A stretch of DNA of 63,943 nucleotides, filler included, from Reticulomyxa filosa (GCA_000512085.1; 22 parts of 22 records of this genome joined end to end with filler, not necessarily neighbours in it); one strand, 5' to 3'; counted from the first letter of the whole stretch, positions 13,399-28,130 are shown. Notes: generated by a model not told the origin, from the sequence alone. A program made the numbers and translations.

Positions 13399-14907
13399 AT
13401 GGCAGAAGAACAAGGAGAGAGTATTGAAAACCAAGGTATATTGTCAGGTCACACCAGTTGGGTGACAAGCATTGCGGCAGCGCCAGACGACAGCAACACA
13501 ATAATAACCGGAAGCCGAGACAAAACCATTGCCGTATGGAAACTGTCAAAAAAAGGACAAAAGCGCCCACAAATCGAAGGCACTTTAGTGAGAAGATTGA
13601 ACGGCCACAATCACATTGTCAGTGCCGTTGACATATCCGCCGATGGCTTGCATGCATTGTCATCCTCATGGGATGGGACGATACGGTATTTTTTTTTATT
13701 TGTTTATTTTTAGAACGTTCAATGCTAAAAATTTCTCCCCCTTTTTTTTTTTTTTACTCTCTCACATTTTGTTTCCTTGAAAAATTTTTTTTTTGTATAT
13801 ATACATCGTTGTTACAAAACAATAAAATATACGACAACAGATTGTGGAACTTGCAAAGCGGCGATTGTCGTCACATATTTCAAGGCCATAAACGAGATGT
13901 CTTGTCTTGTGCATTTAGCGTGGACAACCGCCAAATAGTTTCTGGCTCAATGGACAAGTCGGTCCGTGTCTGGAACATGTTAAGCTTTTTTTTTTTTAAA
14001 AAAGATAAGAAAGAAATTTTAAAAAAATTTTTTAAAAAAAAACGCAATTTTTTTTTAAATGCGACATCCCGTCGCGAAGAAAAAAAAAAATTGTGTTTTG
14101 CTTTGTTTTATTTGAATGTTGTTAGAAAAGGAGATAGTAAATCACTTGGAGGAAGTCAAGAACAGAGATCACTTGAAGGAAATGAAGGCCACCGAGATTG
14201 GGTGAGCTGTGTGCAGTTTTCGCCGAACGCGGAAGAACGAGTAGTGGTGAGCTGTGGTCGAGACAAGATTGTGAAGGTGTGGGATTTGAAAGACGATCGA
14301 AGTCCATTGAAACACACTTTGGTTGGACACACTGGCTGTGTCAACAGTGTGACGGTATCTCCCGATGGGTCTTTGTGCGCCAGCGGTGGAAAAGATGGCG
14401 TCGCCATGTTGTGGGACTTGCTTGAAGGCAAGGAATTATCCAGCTTGAAAGCCGGCGGTGAAATCAATGATTTATGCTTTTCACCTAACCGATACTGGTA
14501 TATATTGCTTTTGTTGTTTTTTATTACATTTTTGTGTTCTTTTTTATTTCCTTTCGTATTAATGTATGTGTGTTGAATAATATGCGATTATAATTAATAA
14601 TAAGAATTGGAGACATTGGAAATAACTAGCAAACAAACAAACAAACAAAATTGAAAGGTTATGTGGCGCTGTAGGATCAGAAATAAAGATATGGGATTTG
14701 GAGACAAAGGAGGAAGTCGGAGTAATTAAAAACCTTGAACGAATAGAACAGCAACAACAACAACAACCAGAGAAAAAGAAGAAGAAAAAACATCCTTTGC
14801 CCATTTTGTGCACCTCCTTGGCGTGGTCTCATGATGGAAAAACTCTCTTTGCTGGATACTCGGACGGCAAAGTTCGCATTTGGTCTCTCATTTCCCCTCG
14901 CGAATAA
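13399..14907 (+). CDS. RACK1: RACK1 (G-beta-like ribosomal WD40 protein); introns 13686-13840, 13979-14125, 14498-14657
   Basis: [75 protein letters not shown]; the GT-AG introns restore the frame. Confidence 0.96.
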
Positions 14908-15314
14908 ACACGCATTTAACTTTGACATAAAAACAAAAAAAATTAAGAGAAAAAGGGCCAGAGAGAGAAAGGGAAAAAACTCGTTTTCCCCACTCTTTTC
15001 CAATTAAGGAAGCTTGTTTTCAAATTTGATTTTATTCTTTCACCACATTCTCTTTAAAATCTGAAAAATGAACTTTAAGCAATTTGTTTTCCTTAGTTGA
15101 GAATATTGTGATTATTGGCACAAATCAAACAATTTATTGATAAATGTTGAACAAAAAAAATCATTTTTGATTGAATAATTTTGTGCTTTCATTCTTGAAA
15201 TCAAAGTTAATTCGATCAAAGTGAGACTGTGCTTTTCTTGCATGCATTAGTTAATTCTTCATACCCTTATTTTTTTATTTGTAGTCCAGGAGGTCAGTAA
15301 AAAGATTTTTTTTT

Positions 15315-16970
15315 CTATTTCCATAAACGAATATTTCCACTCCTTGACCCATAGCATAAGGAATAGCCACAATAACTGTTGGTATTACCATTGTCACTTT
15401 GATTTGTTTTTACTTGATTGTCGAAGGATGAAAATTGGAGACAATATATTCCGCCATCACCATCATTTCCTTTGATTTCATATAATTGTTTAGTGGTTCG
15501 AGTATCCCAGAAACAAATTGTATTGTCAGATGAACCAGAACATATGATCGTATCAACATCATTACTTTGAAATGGTGAATATTCAACGCAATTTACGTCA
15601 TTGGTATGTCCTTTAAAGATTTGGACGTCTTTATTTGTTCGAATGTCCCATAAACGAATGGTTTTGTCTTGTGACCCAGAGCATATCGTAGCATTCGTTC
15701 CAATTCGTGAATATTTTACAGTCCAAATAGTGCTATCATGTCCTTTAAGAACAGTTAATGGTCTGGTAGTTTCGACATCCCACAAACGAATAGTCTGATC
15801 ATACGATCCAGAGCAAATGGTATATCCAGAACCACCAATTATACCAATACCATTATGGTTGTTATCAACAATTTTATTGTTATTTTGCAATGGTGAAAAT
15901 TCCACACAACAAATAGTTTTTGTATGCCCATTCAGGATATGTAATAATTTGGACGTTGCAACATCCCACAAATGAATATTACTGTCAGTGGATCCAGAAC
16001 ATAAATAGCGACCACAACAAAAGGATGAAAATTGAATGCCACAAACACCACCAGCGTGTTTACTGAATCCCAGAATTTCCTTTCCAGTTTCAATATTCCA
16101 AAAGCGAATGGTTTTATCATTGGACGCAGAGCAAAGAATAAGACCGCGATTATCGTTATGCTGGGAATAATAATGATAAGGTGAAAATTTCAAGCAATGT
16201 ACAATGCTTGAATGTCCAGTGAAAGTCTTTAATAGCTTTGCAGCATGTGCATCCCATACACAAATTGTTTTATCATGTGACCCAGAGCATAAATACTGAT
16301 CACGATTAAATCTGGAATATTCAATGCTCCACACATAACTTGAATGACCACTAAGTGTCTTGAATAGCTTGGTAGTGCGAAATGAATCCAATTGAACAGT
16401 ATGATCGGGAGAATGCCAACTCTCATTGTTCGTTTGTTCTTTTTGTTCGTCAAATAACTTTTGATAATTTTGAGTCAGTTCATTATTTTTATTTTGTAAC
16501 GACTTCAATAATTTGTCATGCTGACACAGTAATGTTTCTTTTTCGACGCAATCTTTTTTCACCATTTCCAAATCACCACGAAGTTTGAGTACATCTTGTT
16601 GATAACTTCTTTGTATTTTTTTTATTTCGTCATCTTTCAATTGAAGTTGTTGTCTGTATTTCTCCATTTCTCCTTGTATCTGTTTGTTTTATTTTCTTTT
16701 TGCACTGTCTCCATTGCAATGAGAAGCATTTTGTTTATTTTTTAAAAAAACATATCGATTCAAAAATACACATAATCAATAATCAATAATCAATAATTAA
16801 TAAGTAAAGTAAAAAAAAAAAAAAAAAACGACTTGCGATTGAAGATGTTGATTTGGATTAGAATTATCATTGAGAAATGACAAAGCATTATCTTGACTCT
16901 TGTTTCCATTGACTTGAATTTGTAATTTCAATTGTTTATTTTCCAATTGCAATCGTTTTATTTCTTCCTA
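15315..16970 (-). CDS. Coiled-coil + WD40-repeat protein (expanded family), 5' truncated
   Basis: About 7 GH...CSGSxDxTIRxWD repeats after a coiled coil; additional upstream exons. Confidence 0.9.
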
Positions 16971-17409
16971 TTTTTTTTAAAAAAAAAAANNNNNNNNNNN
17001 NNNNNNNNNNNNNNNNNNNNNNNNNNNNNNNNNTTAATTAATTAANNNNNNNNNNNNNNNNNNNNNNNNNNNNNNNNNNNNNNNNNNNNTTTTTTTTTTT
17101 TCATTATTACAACTGTTGAACATTTTTTGGAGAGCCATAAATCAAACGAGACAATAATCGATACGTATAATTTTATTTTTTATACGTTTGTTGTTTTTAG
17201 AAAGTATAACGTAAAACATTAATTCAACAATATTTATCTCCTTATACCAATTGATACCCCAAACAAAAAGTCAATTCATAACGGTTTAAAAAAGGTTTCT
17301 TGAAATAATATTGAAAGATATTGATATTTTTTTTTGAAAATTGAAAACATAAGTATTTCATATAGCTTTTGAAAGGGGGCGGGGGACACCCGACAAAAAA
17401 AAAAGATGA

Positions 17410-18134
17410 TTGCTATGTCTTCTGCAAAGCAACGGCGAAATAATGCACAAAACGCTGAAAACAAACGAAAAGTTATATTTGCGATGTGAATCCTTGGTTG
17501 CGTGTGACATCTCGGTGGAAATAAGGGCGACATTGTATGGACAACATCAGATGGATCAACAACTGCGGGCAGTCAATGACGCCATGCTACAAAGAATTTA
17601 TCACAACAATAATAATGCAAACGACGCAGGCAAAGATCAAAATGTCATTGGAGATAGGGATGATGGTGATGTGTTACTGGGAGGAAATGCAAATGATAAC
17701 AACAACAATAACAACAATAATAATAACGATGCTATCAGTGACGAAATGTGGGAAGATATGAATAATTGTGTGATAATGTTGGAGTGTGTTGGACCTGGGG
17801 TTTGTCTATTTCAGTACTGGAAACAATGATATATTGTCACATTGCATTGGTAGGGATCGCTATGGATTTCAACTCGGCTCAATGGTTGGATCAATTAACT
17901 ACTTTACAACAGACATTGTTTGATTACTTAGAACAAGATATCTTCTTTGAACAAAAGTTTCAACACCTTTTACCGAAAAAGAAAAAAGATGCTTTGACTT
18001 TTGTACTGCCTGCTTTAATGGAATCGCGAACATTGCTTGGTATTTACTTCTGTCATCTTCGTAATCTCTTGGCTTATTATTCTTTCTTTTGTGGGTTTTG
18101 TCATAACTCTTTTATCCTTACGAATTTTTTTTAA
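17410..18134 (+). CDS. Hypothetical protein or decayed gene with a poly-Asn tract
   Basis: Overlapping ORFs in different frames with coding-like composition. Confidence 0.3.
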
Positions 18135-18699
18135 AGCAATTGTGGACATTTTTCTCTGAATATGTACTAAAAGAGCTTGTCAAATAAAAAATTACTCCCA
18201 CAAAACATTTATCTTTTTCTTCCTTTTTTCATTTCCTAAAATTGCTTTTCTATTTTTTTTTTGCTTGCACGTTTTTTTTTTACCGTTTTTTTTAGTTTTC
18301 GATTGAGCCAAACATCAACTTGCAATGTTTTTTTTTATGATTTTCTTGATATCTACGAAGATTTTAATTTTGAGAGAATTAAGACTATCACATTAATAGT
18401 TTTATCGTAGACAGTGGAAATATAAGTAGTTTCGTAGGCAAGCTCTTTCCGATTTTTATTCAGATAAGTTAGTTTCCTTTTAAAATTGATAATGAATTCC
18501 TTTTTTTTTTTTGATCTTGAACTAATAAAAACGAGTTCAATATTTCAATTTATAGAAATTTTTTTGGATATAAATGACAAAGATCAATATAGGCAATATC
18601 GGTAATTTTTTTCTTTTTATCAAATATGGAATTTTTACAAAACCAACAAACACCACTAAGAAATGAAACAAGACAATAATAGATGATCAAACAAAAGAG

Positions 18700-19310
18700 C
18701 TAATGCAAATACATCCATTATGATACATTCTAAAGTTTTATCAATGACTCCAAATCAGTATCCAATTGATAAATGTGGAATCTTCCACTTTGTTCTTTGT
18801 TTCCTCCAACATCTCTTTAGAATTAGAAAGGATCATTACTTCCAATTTTTACGTATCTTGCAAATGTGCAGCTTAATCATTTGCACAATAACAAGAAGAA
18901 TTTCACAAGAGTATCGAAGATGATTTGGTACGACATAATGCAATTGCTTTGGAACGAAAGAATATGTACTTGAACATGGACACGATCATTCCAATCTGAT
19001 CATTTAGACTTACATTGAAATGGACAATGTTTCAAGCACAATCTTTTTCATGTCTTGTCGTGGTGCAAGTTATGGCATGAATTAATTTGGATTGAGCAAA
19101 TTAATACAATTTCATCCTCGCGAGTAACATAAATTGCCAATTGCAATTTTTTAACATCTTTGCAACTGCTGCTCGGCAAGCTGGACCATTCAATTACCGA
19201 CTTTCCATCTTCGCAAAACGAAGACAGGATTTAATTACTGGAAACGCCGGTAATGTGCGTGAAGTGATATTTTCGTTATTGCTTTGGTTTTGATTTGAGA
19301 CATTCCCTTT
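18700..19310 (-). pseudogene. Decayed gene, possibly a TRAF-type zinc-finger protein
   Basis: Raised GC; HEKDC and HLRYSC-like fragments among many stops. Confidence 0.25.
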
Positions 19311-20040
19311 CCACCATCTCGTGAGTCTTTGGACTCATGGGATTGGCCACATTTTTCAAATTGATCGGATCACGAGTGCCGACAGCAGGGTGGATGAATC
19401 GTTTGCAGTACTGCCAGCGTTATCGTCTACGATAGCGCTGACACTAATAGATTTGCATTCAAATAACATTCAATCATCGCTAACACATGTTATTTATTAT
19501 TTTTTTTTTATCAATGAAAGACCAAACAAGATGTCTTGGCAACGGAAAAAAAAATGTCAAAGCGCAACGAATAGCAGTTAAAGTCTCATCCCAACGACAA
19601 GCATAAAAGAAAGCAAGGAGTATGAAAATGAAGAGGCAGAAACTACTCAAAAGATAAACTCAAATTTTGGACTCTTATTTCTAAAATTCCATGTGTATTT
19701 TCAAGTCTGCTTTTTCATTGTTTTCATTCAATTTGTCGATGATAAGATTTTATGTGAATATGATGAAATAATGCCAATGTCCTGAACACGTCAAGAGAAC
19801 ACATAAAGTTTAAAGTGTTGCATAAAAGTTGTACAAATCTACGATATTTAATTTCTTAGCTGTTCTTATTGGTGTAGGATTGTCGTAAAAAAAAAGGAAT
19901 TGATTCAAAAATAATCTATGCTTTTCACAATAAAAGAATATGCATGTTTCGTTCTTGTATGAAAAATACATATTTTGAAATCCACTAAGAGATATGACGC
20001 ATAGCTATCATTTTTGCAAAGTCATCCATACGTAGAATAA

Positions 20041-20850
20041 AGTTTTACTACAAAAAAAAATTAGCCAACCTAAAATATGAACTTTTTGTGTTTCTAACAA
20101 AAATTTTAGTAGCGAATTGTAATTATTTTTTTTGGTTTACACTTTTATAAATAGTTTGTAAAAACAATAAACAAAAATTTAGAAAAGTTGTTGGAAAAAT
20201 GATTGGAATTTATGCAATATCTCCACATCACCTTGAGGTAGGTAGCAGAATGTATTTTACATTTTACAAAATTATTTACAAGAATAAGCTTGATTTTATG
20301 TTCTTCACATTGCCCAAGGAGAACGCTCTTTTATATATTCGTACGAGTAGTTTCTGCAAATCTACTACTGTTTGTGCCTCTCCAGAGTAAATTAAGCGCA
20401 TCGCAAGCCTAGAATCTAATCAGTCCACGTTTTAGGAATCCAGAGCATCTTTTGCGTGTAATCGTTCCACTGTTGAGGATGCATTCCAAATTGCTGGCCA
20501 GCCTCACGATGCTGCATTCAAATATGTATTCTTTAAAATAAAATTCATTGTTGTATTCCAGACAGCTTGTGAGTTATGACTAGAAGCCAAAGAATAACAA
20601 TAAAAACAAAAAACTTGTTGTAATGTTGAAAAAGAAAAGTTTATATTGAAAATTGTGACCGCAAATAAAGAAGTCCAACAGGAAAACTACCACCTTCCAA
20701 TCATTTTTGAAAATTTTTTTCTTACAACAACTTTTCTAAATTTTTGTTTATTGTTTTTAAAAAAAATCATCACAATTTGCTGCTCAAATTTTCGTTAGAA
20801 ACACAAAAAGTTCATATTTTAGGTGTGGCTAATTTTTTTTGTAGCAACTG
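20041..20850. mobile_element. Non-autonomous DNA transposon (MITE/foldback) with about 160-bp imperfect TIRs
   Basis: 20041-20208 is the imperfect reverse complement of 20695-20850 (e.g. CCTAAAATATGAACTTTTTGTGTTTCTAAC / GTTAGAAACACAAAAAGTTCATATTTTAGG); right end is ACTG followed by TA. Confidence 0.85.
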
Positions 20851-21834
20851 TAAAAAAAAAACTTTAGAATGATTGTTCAAATCTTTTTTTTGTCTGTAAA
20901 ATTTATTGCAATAAGCACAAACGTATGGTTTATATCATATTGTGTATTATTTGATCTTTTGTCGGTCATATCACCAAAAAGTAAAACAAATCAATTAACC
21001 AGAGTATTGTCTGTGCTAACTTTTCTATCATTCAATCAACTTCTTTCAGTTTTTGATCAGTAAATAAATTTAGTTCATGTAAGATCTTTTCTTTATGTTG
21101 TGTTATTTTTAAAATAATTTCATCAAATATTTTATTCGTTTTTTTCATGTATAGCTTTTTCTTTAACTGATCCATTTTCTTTTTGTAATTTTTTCATGTT
21201 TTCTTGAAATTTTTTATATTAAATTAAATCTTCATTTATTACCAATACATTTTTCCCAATTATTGATATAGATCATTATTTTCAAATTCTTTTTTCACAA
21301 TTTTATTTGATGCAATAATATTCGTTGAATATTTTTTTGAAATAGTAACTGACAAAGAATACAAGCGTAAAGAAACACATAATTCATTAATAGCATCTTT
21401 TTTTTTTGTTAAATTAAAAAACTAGTATAACAAAGTTAATTTCATTTTTTTCCATTTGCATTCGTTTAAGAATCATACTTTATCATTTACATTTTCTTTT
21501 ATGTTCTATTTTTTTAAAAAAAAGTTATAATATCTTTTTTTTTAGTTTTTGGAGTTTAATAAAAATATCATTGTTTTAAATCTTATCCACAAATATCTGA
21601 AAATAAAAATTAAGTAGTAGATATCTTGTAATTTACATAACACAAAAAACATAAATGTATTATTAATTGTGGTAATTTGATATTTTTATGGAGACCGAAG
21701 AGTTTTTNNNNNNNNNNNNNNNNNNNNNNNNNNNNNNNNNNNNNNNNNNNNTTAATTAATTAANNNNNNNNNNNNNNNNNNNNNNNNNNNNNNNNNNNNN
21801 NNNNNNNTGTGTGTGTGTGTATGTATGAAGAGGT

Positions 21835-22597
21835 TAGGTTAACTCTCAATTCAAAGTTTTCTAAAATAGTGCGCTGCGCCAATGCTTCGGCTTTGCGTCG
21901 AAGTTCCTTTTCTTCCATTTTGTCCATTGATATTATCTCCATCTCACGCGAAGTGTCCTGCGGCAATAATCCCAAATCAAATCGCAACACCAAATTGGCT
22001 ATTATACACTCTTTGTTTTGTAGCAATCCTCGCATTGCAGCTACATGCTCTTGCAATTGCCTTATCTGTACACGTGTCATATTTTTGTTACCTTTCAAAG
22101 TGTAGGTTTATTTTTCTGTTCTAATTGCACGTATACTATATTTACCAACGACATTTAAAAAAAAAAAAAAAAAAATTGGTATAATTTTTTTTTTTTTTTT
22201 TTGAACAGTTTTGTTAATGGTTGATCTTATGTTATTTCAGTTGGCTCTTTTTTATTCTGTTTTCCTCTTTTTTTTCTCCGCCCCCTCCCCTCCTCCCCTT
22301 TGATCCCTTTTCCTTCATTTGGTTTTACCTGATCAAGGTAAATTTCATTCGCTCTCTCTGCTAGTTGCAATTTTCTGTCTACTGACATGTCTTCTTCGTC
22401 ATACACTTCGTTTCCATCTGCGGTTACGAAATTGGCGTCTCCTGGAGTATTTCCATACTGAAAACAATAAAAAAAAGATAAGGACAAGATTGCAAAGGTT
22501 ACTGTGTTTTTTTTTTTGAGAGGAAGAAAATTGGTGAAGGAAACTATCTCACCGTTGGCGTGTCATCTTCGTCAATCTCCATATTTTCGTATTCCAT
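21835..22597 (-). CDS. Coiled-coil protein, N-terminal exons
   Basis: Heptad-like exons (QIRQLQEHVAAMRGLL, AEALAQRTILENFELR) separated by GT-AG introns. Confidence 0.6.
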
Positions 22598-23420
22598 TAA
22601 ATGTTGATATGAAGGTTATTTATGTCAAAACTCGAGAGAAAAGCCTGAAAACACAAAATCTTCCCAGATAAACAATGTTTTCAAAATGATTAGGATACTT
22701 CCCTTTGACTGCAAAAAAAAAGCCACGCTTCCAAACCACTTGACTTGAAAGGTAAATCTATGTGTGTCAAAGTCACCTTTAGTTCGTCATACACTACAAC
22801 AATGCACAATTAAAAATATTCATACGTTCATAGAAGAAATTAATTATTTTAAAGTGTAAATTAATAAACTACGCCTACAATAATTTCATTCATTTTTTAG
22901 AATAACCTTAAAAAGAGTCTTACATATTTAGCTTACTCTTTTTTTGAAAAATATAGTTATGATTTTCAGTCTATGCCTATGTGCAGATTCGAAGAGCACG
23001 AGAGTAAGCTTTTGCAGTGTTTAAAGAAGTGGGAAAACTAATAGATTAACCTCTTATTAAACTCACTGTTGAGAATTATGTACTGTAGCCTTATTTAATT
23101 TGTGAAATAAAGCTGAAGCGATAAAAATAAACTTATTATGTAATCTCAAATCATCGTCTGATTTTGTGGCATAAAATTCAGGAAGAAGATCAATAAAACA
23201 TCTTCCTACTTATTGCTTTTTAAATCCAATTTACTGTTTTGTAATGGTTTCACTTTCAAGGAATTGTTTACGATTATTAAACTCGGCCTGAAAATGAAAC
23301 TTGTTTTTGTGGACTAGTTGAAGGGGCGGAATCTTTTTTGTTACTGGGAAATCACCAAAATCGGGATTCTAATCCTTTCATTAATTTCGTATAAGAAGAA
23401 CAAAACAGTCATCTCTTATT

Positions 23421-23936
23421 ATGGCAGTATGTGTTCTGTGATTAACCAATTCAACTTCTTCTATCTTTTAACAGACGACGAGTTTTGTGTCGATCTACAA
23501 ACGAACCTAACACACACAAAAAAAGGAAATTGAAGAGACATTGACAAGGATCAAAGATCACAAAGGTGTTGAAGGAGTGATAATAGTAAACAAGGACGGC
23601 GTCCCAATTCGCCCTGCCAAAGGAATGAACGATCAAATGTCACGACAATACGCTACCCACATCACCGAGCTGGCCAAAAAGGCGAGAGCTGTTGTTCAAG
23701 ATTTAGATCCTGATGTAAGTTCAAGAGAAATGAGAGGAAAAAAGGGGGAAGAAAAGAAAATGACAAAAAATCTCTCAAAGTATAAAGTTGAAATACTTGT
23801 TTTTCAAAAAAAAAATGAAAAATAGAATGACCTAACATTTCTAAGAATTCGTTCACAAAAACATGAAATATTGGTGGCACCTGACAAAGAATTTACTCTG
23901 ATAGTGCTCCAAAATCCATCTGCAGATGAAAAATAA
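23421..23936 (+). CDS. DYNLRB: Dynein light chain roadblock (LC7); exons 23421-23426, 23526-23714, 23826-23936
   Basis: Spliced [24 protein letters not shown]...[38 protein letters not shown]. Confidence 0.95.
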
Positions 23937-26732
23937 GCATGAGTTGTTTCACGTGCTAAAACAGGGAGATTTTTTGGGCGTGTTTGTGCGTGGTTTTGCT
24001 TGGTTTGTGTCAGGAGGGCATTTATATTTGCGAAATCATTGAGTTTTGTTGCCACAGCACAATTTGCTCATTGTCAATTTCCATCATCAATTTCTTTTTT
24101 TTTAAATCAAATTTGGCTTGTGCATTGCAAGAAGGCTTGTGCCTAACAAGATGTTCAAAAAATGAATTAAATGGAAAAAGTTGTTAGCTTGTCATACATT
24201 TTCCAAAATAACTTTTTTCTTTTTAGCCAACAAAATTTGTAGACTAAAGCTTGAATCAGCCATTAGTTAAACAAAAATTTCAAAAGCAAAGACAAGAAAC
24301 ACGAAAAAATCGAAACATTATACATTAACCGCATACGAAAGGAATTTACAAATTTTTGTGAAGTAAAAGAAACTTACTTCTTTCAAGTTTGATCTTATAA
24401 ATGTAAAAAACTCAATTTTTTAAAGTTTATACACAAAAGAGAAAATAAAGTCTTAAAAAAGGGAACTTTCTGAATGAAGATTTTTTTTTGAAGCTCTTGT
24501 TCGTTTCATGTGAGTCTATTATTTAAATCATCAATTACAATACTTTTTTTTTACGAAATAGATATCAAAAAAAGAAATTAAAAGAAAATAATTGGACACG
24601 AAACGTAACAATAAATAAATTTTGAATTTCAAAATTTGTTTTTGTCAGTTGATTGTCCGTTTTATAAAGATGTTATAAAAGCTAAACGTAATTCTCATGT
24701 TTGACAACTGACAATGCGAAATTATTTGTCGATCCAATAGACGTATAAAATTTACTGCAAATACAATCTATTTGCCTCTCAATTAAACGAAAAATTGTTT
24801 TATTTTGTTATTTCATCAAAAATTAATTGGCACACAATTATAAAGAAATTGTTTAATGTTTGTCAGTCGTGACAGTGCAAAAAAGTCAAGTGAGCCACGA
24901 ATGCTAGTTTTCTTTTTCTATTTCTGTCTAGCCGTTTGCTGTTCAATAGTCGCAATTTCTTAACAAACAGAATTATATTCAGATTGTCTTGTGTTTATCA
25001 TTTCCATAACAAAACGAAAATAAATCAAAAATAATTACCTCTTCCAAGTGGCTTGTTCTTTCTTAATAAAAAAAAAATTAAGTAAATTGAATAAAAACTT
25101 TGAAATTATTATTTCAAATAAATGTTATTTTAAAAATAACATTTCATTTTTGAACAAAGTCAAGAAAAAAAAAGAAAAAAGTAGCCAAGAAGAGCAATTA
25201 GTACTTAATTCTTATTAACATGTCACAATATGTTACTTACTTAAAAGACATAAAAGAGTAGTAAAAACATGACAGATAAAAAAATAAAAAAAATGGAACT
25301 AACCCTTTTTTTTGACAAACTTTTTGACCCAATAATTTTGTCAATTATATTTATGTATATGATATAGTTTGTCTTTTTTTTGTGTAGTTTTGCAATGTTG
25401 TGTTATTATATTAATGATTTCTTTTTTATGAATGTAATGAAAAAACAACACTGAAATATTTGTTTATGTATTGACGACAAGTATCAGAAAATTATTAATA
25501 CAATTAAAAAACACATTTCATTTTTTGCTCAGTTTGATTTAGAATTTTTGAAAGAAAGGGGGAAAATTCAAAAAAAGTGCACTTTTTGGTTAGCGTTTTT
25601 TTCTTTCGTTCGTTTTAATTTCCAAATGTTTTATAAAATCAAAAAGGGACAAATGTATGATCAGTGAAACTGTTCTCTTTTGTTTGAATTAGAAATATGA
25701 TGGTAAAATGCAGCTTTTCTTAAAAAATAAATGATTTTTTTGTAACGACACAAAATCTTGTATGTCATTTTCTGACTCAGCAATAAAATGCTTATCACAT
25801 AATTGCTAGTGTGTAGAAAGTTTTTGTTGTCGTAATGTTGCTCGTGAGTCTTTTAGCGTACATTATCTGTTGCAGAAATTTTTTGTTTGCTTCCGGAGCA
25901 CTACATGACAGACAAGCGCATAACAAACACATTAATAAACAGAACAAACAACTTAACAATCTATCTGTTGTCAAGCGGAGCAACTAACTTATATTTCAGT
26001 TTTATTGTAGAAATAAGTTAAAACTAACACAAATAAATTTGGGAACAAATATTCTTTTTCTAAAACTAGTAGTGTACATCATTGGTTTGTTCATTTCAAG
26101 AGAAAAATTAATATTGCGAGTTTTTGTATTTTGTATTAATTTAATTACATTTCAAAGCAATATAACATATCTTTTCGTTAATAGTGAGCATCTTCAATAT
26201 TTTTGTGCAAAACCAAACTGCCAGTGATATTTTGCAATAAATAACATTTTCCTTGAAAAATGAAATATTTTGGAATAAATTTGTCAAATTGAAATATCAA
26301 CTTGTACATGCTACAAAAATACTATTTTTTTGTTTATAATAAAAAAGTCTACATTTGCTAAATCTTGTATTATTTTCTATTTTATTCAATGATTTGTAAT
26401 TAATAAATGAAATTTATTTTTGAATGATTAATATTAATAAAAACAGTACAAGTTTGATTTTAAAAAAGTTGGTATTTATTGAAAACAATTTCTTTAAGAT
26501 AGGGACCTTTGAAAAAAGTTGACTATGAATAAACGCTTTAAAAACATGACAATAAAGTTTTTCTTTTTCGAAGCTGGAGCATGGAAGACAAAAGACGACT
26601 TGACGCTTCTCTTGAATAAGAAGACATTATANNNNNNNNNNNNNNNNNNNNNNNNNNNNNNNNNNNNNNNNNNNNTTAATTAATTAANNNNNNNNNNNNN
26701 NNNNNNNNNNNNNNNNNNNNNNNNNNNNNNNA

Positions 26733-27400
<668 letters not shown>

Positions 27401-27919
27401 TAAAAAAAAATTTCATGTTTTAAATTTTTTTTTAGAAAAAAATTACGCATTGATATTATTTTATTTTTTTTATGGCTTTGTGCCCAGATTAGTGATATTT
27501 GGGCACAAATGTTGTGTTTAAGTCATATTTCTGGGTATTGTTTTATTATATTTGAGTTTTGTAATTTATTAAAAGAGAAATTCATCATTAAAATTTAAAC
27601 TTTTATTCAGCATTCAATTAACTATTTGTATATGATGATCAAGAGATTGAAAAGTCATTTCTATCTTTATTATACGAACGTGTTAAAATTGCAATGTCTT
27701 CTATTGTATTTCATTTGGACACTTTTCAACACATAATGTCAATGCAAGTACTCTTGACAAGACAATCAAACATTCAAAAAATCACATCGCTAATGTCAAT
27801 ATTGTAGTAACATCAATTCAAATAGTTTTTTCATTCATTTTACTTTAAGACACTTGGCAATAAGTTACAAAACGATGTTTGTACTGTTTTCAACAAACAC
27901 TTCGTCACTATTTAAGAAA

Positions 27920-28130
27920 ACTGCAACCAGGACAGCAACATTAGAAGATAATTAGAATAGAATGAGAGGAAATTTTCACCTTTCGGTGAAAATTTCCATA
28001 TTGCAGTAAGACTGCGGACCTTGGGGGTTCTTCTTAGAAAAAAGGAAGAGGAAAAGTTCCAACTTCCTTTGGACTAAGAAGAAATTTAAATATTATGGTA
28101 AGCAATTAGTTCCTTACCGATCTGATATTA
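27920..28130 (+). ncRNA. Candidate structured RNA or hairpin-rich element
   Basis: Five consecutive stems, including a perfect 13-bp hairpin (27968-27997) and a 22-bp interrupted hairpin (28028-28083); G-U wobbles favour the + strand. Confidence 0.4.
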
